Assembly (NCBI RefSeq): GCF_009914755.1
Contig: NC_060935.1
Reading direction: 5' to 3' (one strand)
From: the human T2T-CHM13v2.0 reference genome, Homo sapiens
Length of the DNA stretch: 64,000 nucleotides
Position numbers and translations under genes: made by a program
Notes under the pieces: model-generated
Told to the model about the DNA's origin: nothing
The model's input: only the letters and a program-made list of their open reading frames with translations
The model's database searches: none
Shown: in pieces, positions 55,152-64,000 of the stretch
How positions within the stretch are numbered: position 1 is the stretch's first letter
Layout: each line of letters starts with the position of its first letter

Positions 55152-56186
55152 TATGCATTAAAACTATGTGATGGAGCTACCTGGACTGGGGGTGGTGGAG
55201 AAGACAACATGCCTTTAGAAAATTTAGACTTAATGAATAAAACAGTTTAATAAGAAATTATAATACAGAATAATAACTATTATAATAAATATCAGCAGAG
55301 AGTGCTACTGGAGCACAGGATAAATTAAATCATGCTAACATGATTGGAGTTATATATCAAGTGATATATTACTGGAGTGACATAACAAGAACCAATTGAA
55401 GTCAACTAGAAAAGGACAGGAAAGAATGGTCTAAACAAAGAATACTACCTATTCAAAGGTGCAGAGGAGTGAAAGAATGCAGCACTCCTCTGCATTCACA
55501 GAAAAGGCATAGATGATCATTTGGTGATTGGGTGTGTACATCTTCTTTCCCTTACCACAATTATTATTTTCTCTAAATTTTTAAAACTTAGAAGGTATGA
55601 CAATATAAGTTATCCCAGAACTTGTGGCAAATAAGTTATATGTTTATATTTGTGCAGCACCAACCTGTCAGATCTTATTACTTATCCACATTACGGTATA
55701 TGATTTCTGCTCAGTAACCCAGGTGCAACCAACTCTATGGCCTTATCTCTCTGCTATCATGCTAACACCTGGAGTGACATATCAAGGATCAATAGAAGTA
55801 ATTTCTATCAGATTACTCTGCTTTAGGAAATATCCCATGTCTATGTTTTTGCTTATTACGTCATTCTTAGAGTTCTCATTCACCTCTCTGCTATTGTAAT
55901 TGAGCTAACTCCTTCTTCAGCTCAATCTTGTTTGTGATTTTCTCCAACAACATGTATCTACAATAATCATTATCTCCAGTGCATTTCTAAAGAACTTAAA
56001 ATAACGTAATTTATAATAAACCATACAGTTCACTGGTTTCTAGTATTTATCTCAGAGATAGAGCTGTATATATAGAAATAGACATTTAGACATACAGATA
56101 TAAACATAGAGGTACAGATAATAGATGCAGATATATCTGTTGCTATATCATATTGTCTCTAACTAGATTGCAAACTTCTTAAAGTC

Positions 56187-56549
56187 TGAATTAGTCTGTT
56201 CTTATGCTGCTGATAAAGACACACCTGAAACTGGGTAATTTATAAAGAAAATTAGGTTTAATGGACTCACAGCTCCACATGAGGAACTGGGGAGACCTCT
56301 CAATTATGGCAGAAGGCAAAAGGCACGTCTTACATGGCAGCAGGGAAGAGAGAAAGCTTGTGCAAGGAATCTTCCCTCTACAAAACCATCAAATCTTGTG
56401 AGACTTATTCACTATCATGAGAACAGCATGGGAAAGACCCGCCCCCACGATTCAACTACTTCCCACTGGGTCTCTCCCAAGACACATGGGAATTGTGGGA
56501 GCTACAATTCAAGATGAGATTTGGGTGGGGACACAGCCACACCATATCA
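56187..56549 (-). mobile_element. THE1 solo LTR
   Basis: Runs tgaattagtctg...gctgataaagacacacc...accatatca. TSD aagtc/atgtc. Confidence 0.92.
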
Positions 56550-57200
56550 ATGTCCCGTCTGATTATCCTTCACAAGCTACTTATGCCTGACCTTAGGCCA
56601 TCTTGCTTTGATGTTGATGGTTTTCTGTGGTTAAATGGTCAACAATAACTGCATACATACACACACATATATATATGTATGTAACAAATATATATTTATA
56701 TAAATAAAATAAATTATTCAACATTTTTATTTGTCATTCACTCATATTTTTACCAGAATAAAACATAAAGCTATTTGCTAATGATCTTCAAGGCTATTTC
56801 ATTTTTTGTTGACTCATAAAAACATCTTGGTGACTCATGAAAAGTCTCATGAAATGTCTGAATCACTCAGCAAGTGGTTCTTCATAGACAAAGAAAATCT
56901 GCCATCTGAGAAACAAAATATATAAACGAAGTATATAATAGCAGTGCTCAAGATCAATTTCTGCATGAACTATAGTAACTAGGAAATTCACCACTTATAT
57001 CCTTTAGGGAACAGTCTTTAAGAAAGAACTTAGTGGGATTTAGTTTGTGAGATGTACCAAGTTTCATGACATAAGAATTTAAGATAAAGATACATAAAAT
57101 AATTCTAATGCTAGTGTGTCAATCTTCAAAAATGTTATTTTCATAATATAAACCTGGAGACATCCTCTGTAAATATTTTGATTTTAAAATTATTTTTATT

Positions 57201-57344
57201 GGGCAGGTGCAGTGGCTCATGCCTGTAATTTCAGCACTTTGGGAGGCCGAGGGGGGCGGATCACCTTAGGTCAGGAGTTCGAGACCAACCTGGCCAACAT
57301 GGTGAAACCCCCATCTCTACTAAAAATACAAAGTTAGCTGGGCA
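57201..57344 (+). mobile_element. 3'-truncated AluS (left arm plus ~12 nt of right arm)
   Basis: Ends at ttagctgggca with no right arm, A-tail or TSD. Confidence 0.9.
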
Positions 57345-58625
57345 CTCCTATTTCATGCAATCTACATAACATGTTTTGTGGGTGTTTGTATTAGGTGCCC
57401 ATAACTGGGAAAAATATAACTCAGACTCTGCATAATGAAAACACTGGAATAAAGTGTTGACTTAACTAAAACTGAAAAAGAAAATCACTAGAAATGGTGA
57501 AATAAACAAAGGAAACTTCAGTTTTGGCTTGATTTATATATATTATTACAATAATTTTCTACTTGCAGTTTGCTATTTTCAATATGACAGTTCAAATAGA
57601 AGATAAATTATTCATTCCCGTACTTTCTTTTAATTTATTTGAGATAACAAATCGAATTATGGAATAAGGAAATGTACTGACTTCTGCATGTCTAAATAAA
57701 TTTTTCAGGACTAGCATTAGGCTTTGCTTATAGTAGATACTTTAGTCATTACCTCTTCAATTGAATCATTTCTGCCTGCTTTTTTCTTAGGCAACCTCTT
57801 GTAGAGATTGAAGTCTACTGCCACCTGAAAGAACCCCCTCTTTAATAAGGGCTTATTGGAATGGCCTCCAAACAGCCTGTGTTCAGGCTAGGCACATACA
57901 AGAAAAGTCTTACTTCCTCTGAAAAACAGGAATACACCTTTCTTGGTTAATGAGAACCAAGTAAATTTCTGTGTGACTTCTAGAATTCTCAGGTGGCTCC
58001 ACAAACCTCAATTAAGCATAGCTTCTGTGGGCCACTGTGCTAGATGCTAGAGACATCAAAGGTTGGTAAGTATACTACTGGACTCATAGAGTTAATTATC
58101 TTGTAAGGAAATAAGCCAACATAAAACCATAATAGTGGGGTTTAAAATCAATAGTGCTTTACAGTAGTAGCTAATACTACTGGTGCTAGTGAGCGTAAGA
58201 ATAGTAAAATAAAGTTGAGAGAATAAGAAAAAATTTAAGCAAGAATAATACAGAAATAGAGCAATTTATTTAAAGGGTTTTGGCTATTTGATTACCAAAA
58301 ATGTCATCCAGAGAGTTCTGTTCATTTAGATAGCTGAGAGTGGAAATGACCAAATTCTAGGAAGCTCAACTGAGGAAAGTATAATTTACTTTTTCCTTTC
58401 TCTTTTTATCTTATTCTTGTTGCACTCATTTTCAGTCATGATGAATCCTACAACTATAATTCATTTCGTAGAACTGATTATGATTCCCTTATCATTTTAA
58501 AGAATAAAAATAGACCATCTGTTTAAATAGCACTGCCACTTCAGTTATCATGGGGCAATTGCATTTCCTCCATTGGTAAATTCACTGTTAACTCTCAGTG
58601 AGGAAATGAAAGTGACCAATAGCCA

Positions 58626-58926
58626 TTTTTTTGTTTGTTTTTTGACTTGGAGTTTTGCTCTTGTCACCCAGGCTGAAGTCCAAAGGCGTGATCTCTGCTC
58701 ACTGCAACTTCTGCCTCCCGGGTTCAAGCTATTCTCCCACCTCAGCCTCCTGAGTATCTGGGATTACAGGCGCCCACTACCATGCCCGGCTAATTTTTGT
58801 GCTTTTAGTAGAGATGGGATTTCACCATGTTGGCCAGGCGGGTCTCAAACTCCTAACCTCAGGTGACCCACCCACCTCGACTTCCCAAAGTGCTGGGATT
58901 ACAGGCGTGAGCCACCACACCCAGCC
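58626..58926 (-). mobile_element. Alu (AluS class)
   Basis: Full Alu. TSD cca(a/g)tagcc. Confidence 0.93.
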
Positions 58927-60339
58927 CCCAGTAGCCTCTTAATGCAGTCTTATTAATCAGAAGAAGATGATGGGTCTTTCTGTAAACAAATCAAATGTAA
59001 TGAGAGTTTGCATTTGAAGAAAAGACTGCCAGATTCCAACTATGCATTCTTACTGCTTTCTTATATCAGCTTCTACTATGTTAGACTGTCTCTAGAACAA
59101 TCATATCAGAAAAAAAATTTATGAAAAAATAAATTTCTACCTCTATAAACAAATTCTGTAGTGTATATTATGCCTCTTATTATCATGTAATTTAATTTTT
59201 ATAATTGCACTCAATATGTATACTGCCTTCCAAAATATATATTTATTTCAGCTATATCATTCATTCTCAATTTGTGCATAGCTTTTGCATGTCATTCTAA
59301 TGTCAATATAATATTCCTTTAATTTAACATAGGACTGTCTACATAACAATTTTGTCAGAATTGTTTATTTGGACCTTTTTTTAGTTTTCAGTAAAAATAT
59401 ATAATGTAGCTATAAGCATTTTTGCACAAATAGGCTTTTCTTCACCCTTAGATTTTTCCCATAGGATAGTTTCTGAAAATAATAGTAGTATTAGGTAAAA
59501 GAAGATCATTTTTATTACTTATGTCATGAGTTATCAACTTGCTCTTCCAAACTATTGCACTAACTTACAGTGCCATCAGTTGTGTATAAATCTACTTGCT
59601 CCCAACAACCATGTTCATATTAAGTTTCTGTCAATTAAAAATATTTTTTCTTATATAACAGGGCTGACATAATATCTCCTAATTGTGTCCTTTAGCATTT
59701 TACTAATTTGTTGGTGAGTTGACTTTTAAAAATGTACTCTTTTAGTGTTCACAGCTCATTGTACTGTCTATCAGTGCCTGGCATATAGAAAGTGATAATG
59801 AGTGTTTGTAGAATGATTGAAAAACAAATGAGTAGTTCTTTGACCATTTATCAACTAGAGTAGTGTTTTATAAATTTGATCCAAATCTAACCCCCACATA
59901 TTTTCAAAATTAAACGTGTTTGTTATAACTTTGAGAAGAGTATATCCCATTATCTTTCTTTTATAATTATTACGTTATATACATATAATATTTAATTTTT
60001 ATATGTAATGAGCGATACACATGTTTTATTATGTCAATGGTCAATGACTATTTCTTCTTCACCCTTGAAATATAAAATGTCATTTTCTTACTGCAATTGG
60101 GATAAGTATAAATTTTATATTATTCTAGTGTTTTATTGTTTGTAAAATATTTAAATCTGTAATGTATTCAGAATATATTGAAAAGCATTATATTAGATTT
60201 AATTGGATATATTTTTTCATGATTGTCATATTTTCCTAATATTGTTTACTAAATATCATTTTAGAAACTTGTCTTTAAAACTTATCAAAAAACACTCACA
60301 TAATGATTAAAACTTAAGTACATGTGTTATAAAATATGA

Positions 60340-60750
60340 TTTATTTTATTGAAATTTACATTGAAACAACTTAGTTTTTAATGTGTAAATTGAAAGTATA
60401 CAACATGATGCTTTGATATGCATACTGAAATGATTACTACAGGTAAGTAATGTAACATATCCATCACTTTCCATAGTTAGGGTTTGTGTGTGTATGTGCA
60501 TGTGTGTGTATGTGTGTGCTAAGAACACTTAAAATCTACTCTCAGCAAATTTGTGACATAGAATACAGTATTAGTGACTGTAGTCCTCCTCCTATACATT
60601 AGATCTAAAGACTTAATTATTCTACAAAACTACAAGTTTAACCTCCATCTCCCCATTTCCTTCCCTACCCTGCCCCTGGTGATCACTTTTCGGTTCTCTG
60701 TTTCTATGAAGTTGACCTTTTCTTTTTAAGATTCTACATGTAAGTGAGAA
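60340..60750 (-). mobile_element. L1MA8/9-type 3' end
   Basis: gtatacaacatgatgctttgatat...aacatatccatcac...gaacacttaaaatctactctcagcaaattt...agattctacatgtaagtgaga. Confidence 0.8.
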
Positions 60751-60784
60751 CTATTCCAATACAAAGTATTTTTATTTCCACAAA

Positions 60785-60965
60785 CATGTCTGCTCTTGTT
60801 TCACTCCTTACTAGCTGTGTAACCCTGGCTAAGTCAGTTAATGTTTTTAACTCTCATCTATAATATGAAGAGAATAATAGAACTTGCTTAATAGGATTGT
60901 TATAAGAATTGGAAGAGATGATGCAAATAATATTACTCACTGCTTAATACAGTAAGTAGGTGGCT
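60785..60965 (+). mobile_element. MIR
   Basis: cttactagctgtgtaaccctggctaagtcagtta...ctcatctataatatgaagagaataatag. Confidence 0.7.
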
Positions 60966-61496
60966 TTCAGATAGAGCATAGTGTTAGTAGTTATCTCTGC
61001 TTCAGCAATATCATTTAAATCTTCAAGCAAGTTCAATAAACCATTACCCTTTTGTTGTATTTTTCATCATATTTCTATATCTCATATGCTTTAACATAAT
61101 GTGGGCTATTCACTATGAATAACATATAAATTTCTTTTTAAATTAATTTTATTAAAATATAAACTCCTTATATCATTATATAAATCAACATTTTCACACC
61201 TGTGTAGTGGTCAATAATCAAGAAGCACAATACATTGCTTAAGCATCACTTTGTTATTGAGCATTTAAGTTGTTCAATGGTTCACTATTAAGGTAAATCT
61301 TCAGTGATACTCCTTGCACACATATCCTTGTCTCCATCTCTTACTTCCTTGGGATAAATTGCTACAAGGAGAATTACTGAGTTAGATTTCCTAACACATA
61401 CTGAATTACTCTCAAGAAAACTTCATCTGATTTATGATATAAACAGAAGTTCCTGTCTCACTATAACTTTGCCTGCCTGCATTAAATACATATGGT

Positions 61497-61803
61497 TTTG
61501 TTTTGGTTTTTCTGTGTGTGTTTTTTTTTTTGAGACAGAGTCTTGCTCTGTCACCAGGCTGGAGTGCAGTGGCGCGATCTCGGCTCACTGCAACCTCTGG
61601 GTTCAAGCGATTCTCCTGTGTCAGCCTCCCAAGTAGCTGGGACTACAGGTGCGCACCACCACCCCTGGCTAATTTTTGTACTTTTGGTAGAGAGGGGATT
61701 TCACCACATTGGCCAGGATGGTCTTGATCTCCTGACCTCATGATCCGCCTGCCTCAGCCTCCCAAAGTGCTGGGATTAAAGGTGTGAGTCATGATGCCTG
61801 GCC
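61497..61803 (-). mobile_element. Alu (AluSc-like)
   Basis: Diagnostics ctctgtcaccaggc and gatggtcttgatctcctgacctcatga. Patterned tail. Confidence 0.92.
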
Positions 61804-62371
61804 ACATTAAGTGTATTTTTAAAATCTCTGCCAGTTTGCTAATATAAAAATGGTATCTCATTGATGTTTTAATTTGAATTTGACTCCTAGTGAGTGTCAA
61901 TATTCTTGTGTACTTATTAACCATTTGATTTTCCTCTTATGCAAAGAGCTCCTATAGGCAACTAGTGAGGATTTGTGTTTGTCTTTTTCTCTTGTAATAA
62001 TTCTTTAAATATAAAAAATATTCTAGAGTTTGTCTTCAATTGATTTTACGATACATTTTAATACAGAGATCCTATCATTTCTAATGAACCCAAATCTATC
62101 AACATTTCCTTAGAATTTCTATAAATTGATTGATGTTTTTAATGTCTTTTTATATCTAAAATTCTTTCACTTGAATCTTCAACTGGTTTATTCATTTATT
62201 TTTATACATATAATTTTATATTAAGAGGGCAATTTATTTTTATGTATTATGTAATATGAGGATCTAATTTAATTTTTCTCATTTTTTTCACTGACTGCTT
62301 CTTTTTCTACTCTCTTAAGACGATACTTTTGTAATTTAGAGACACATTTTATAACTGTGTCCTCTTATATA

Positions 62372-62741
62372 TGCTACAGTTTGAATGTGTTTCATAAAAT
62401 TCATATGTTGAAACTTAAATGCCAATTTAAGGTCATTAAGAGGTGTGGCCTTTAGGGGGTGATTAAATCATGAGGGCTGAGCTCTCATGGTTGAGACTGA
62501 GACTCTTTAAAACAACATGAGGGAGTGGGTTTACTCCCTTCTGCTCTTCTGCCATGTAAGAACATAGTATTTGCCCCTACTGCCATGAGAGGATGTCGCA
62601 AGAAGACCTCTCTGGACGCCTAATGCCAGTCCCTTGATGTTGGATTTCTCAGCCTTCAGAACTGTAAGAAACACATTTTTGTTCTTTGTAAGTTACCTAG
62701 TTTGTGGTATATTCTTATAGCAGCACATAAAAACTAAAGCA
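62372..62741 (+). mobile_element. MSTC/D-type MaLR solo LTR
   Basis: Runs tgctacagtttgaatgtgt...aattcatatgttgaaacttaa...ttatagcagcacataaaaactaaagca. TSD atata/atatg. Confidence 0.85.
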
Positions 62742-62924
62742 ATATGTTAATCATAAAAATATCTGAAAAAAACAGTTAAAGAACAGAATCAATTTTTCTG
62801 TAATCTTATAAGACCTATGATAGTCTATCTAACAATGCTGGTATATCTTTTTCTAAATATACAGATGTAGTTATAGACCTATTTTGCCCACAAATACAGT
62901 ACAATAATGTGCATTTTAAGCTTT

Positions 62925-63240
62925 TTATTCTTCATTGGATAAGTATTTATTTTCCTTCTATTCTGTTTCAGGCATTGTGCTAAGTGCTAGGAATACAATC
63001 AATGATGGGTTGATAGAAACTACTCTCATAAAACTTATCAACAAAAACTAACAGTTAAAAATAATTTTAAAATTACATAAACAGTGTATTATTGCATTTC
63101 TGGTAATTGGAACAAAGGAAGAAAAGAGAATACCTCAAGAGAATGTAATAGAAGAACCTTAGATTTTTCTGAGTATTCCAGGAAGGTGTCTCTGTATTTA
63201 AGCCCTAAAGGATGAGCAAAGTTAGATAAACCTTTCTAGG
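62925..63240 (-). mobile_element. L2 3' fragment
   Basis: aagtatttatt...caggcattgtgctaagtgctaggaataca...ccaggaaggtgtctctg. Confidence 0.65.
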
Positions 63241-63809
63241 CTATGGTGGTTTCTTTAAGACCTTAGCAAAAAATTAAACTAAAAGCTAAGAAACAAAAAG
63301 AAACGTCACTGAACTTTTGTCAGTGCCCTGGCAGGGAATATTGATCCATTGATTAAGATTGCCAGTTATAGTTTTAGGTATATTTGTAGATATACCAAAA
63401 AGACCTGACTTTTAAACTGTTATACCTAATAAACTACTTGGAAAAAACATTTTGTGGTATTTAATTTAAAATTTGGAAAAGAGGTACTTGCTTTACAAAG
63501 GATTTTAAGTATTTTTAAATATATTTTTAGATCTCTAGAAGCATTTAAAATAGAATTTGATTTACAAAAATATAATGAATTTGAAACTCCTTGAAACCAT
63601 ATTTCTAGTATAAATAAGGTAATTCTACATCCAATATTTATAAAAATATCTTTTATGTTGCTTTTATCTCATTCTACCATGTTTGGCATTCTAAATTGTG
63701 CTCATGTTTTAAGAAACATCAATACCAGCAAAGAAACCTATATAACCAGAATATTGTTATAGCAATAAAAATAAAACATGCCTTCTGGTAATATGTGGTC
63801 AGAATTTAT

Positions 63810-64000
63810 GTGGTAGTGGAAAGAGTAGTGGCCTTAAAATAAAGTAATCCAGTTTTGAGTCTCAGCCACCTTGCCACTTATTACCTGAGTGTCCTTAGGG
63901 AAGTCATCTTACTTTTCTGAATAAATTATTTTATTACTTAAGATACTCACCTAGTCCACAGCAACACTGTGAATTTTACATGAGATTTATAAAGGCAGTT
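63810..64000 (+). mobile_element. MIR
   Basis: ttgccacttattacctgagtgtccttagggaagtcatcttacttttctga. Confidence 0.65.

Larger units (their letters stand above)
59080..62366 (-). mobile_element. Very old L1ME-type fragments interleaved with younger repeats
   Basis: T-rich L1 antisense motifs (ctattgcactaacttacagtgccatcag, aaatggtatctcattgatgtttt, gaggatctaatttaatttt). Boundaries uncertain. Confidence 0.55.

Overview
AT-rich, repeat-dense primate genomic DNA, probably hominoid or human since an AluYe5-type element is present. No intact protein-coding gene, RNA gene or processed pseudogene is recognisable. The ORF track consists of fragments of decayed LINE-1, Alu and LTR sequence or chance ORFs. 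Most of the window is layered transposable elements. An old L1M (~2.2-14.6 kb) hosts MLT1A>MER52, MLT2>Alu, AluYe5, Tigger3a and a 5'-inverted L1PB, which itself carries an Alu and a THE1 LTR. Further along are a truncated L1PA8, a near full-length L1PA11-13 inside an L1MB, a complete MSTA provirus with a nested THE1 LTR, and an L1PA15/16 that keeps both ends and its TSD but lacks ORF1 and most of ORF2. Many MIR, L2, MER and MLT relics fill the rest. I see no convincing new biological system. The best leads are the internally deleted L1, whose junction lands on an ORF2 splice acceptor (possible spliced retrocopy), a ~240-bp unique-sequence duplication pasted 3 kb away into an L2, several inverted-template repair scars, and candidate non-coding exons on the minus strand. 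Subfamily names come from recalled consensus sequences read by eye and need RepeatMasker/Dfam confirmation.
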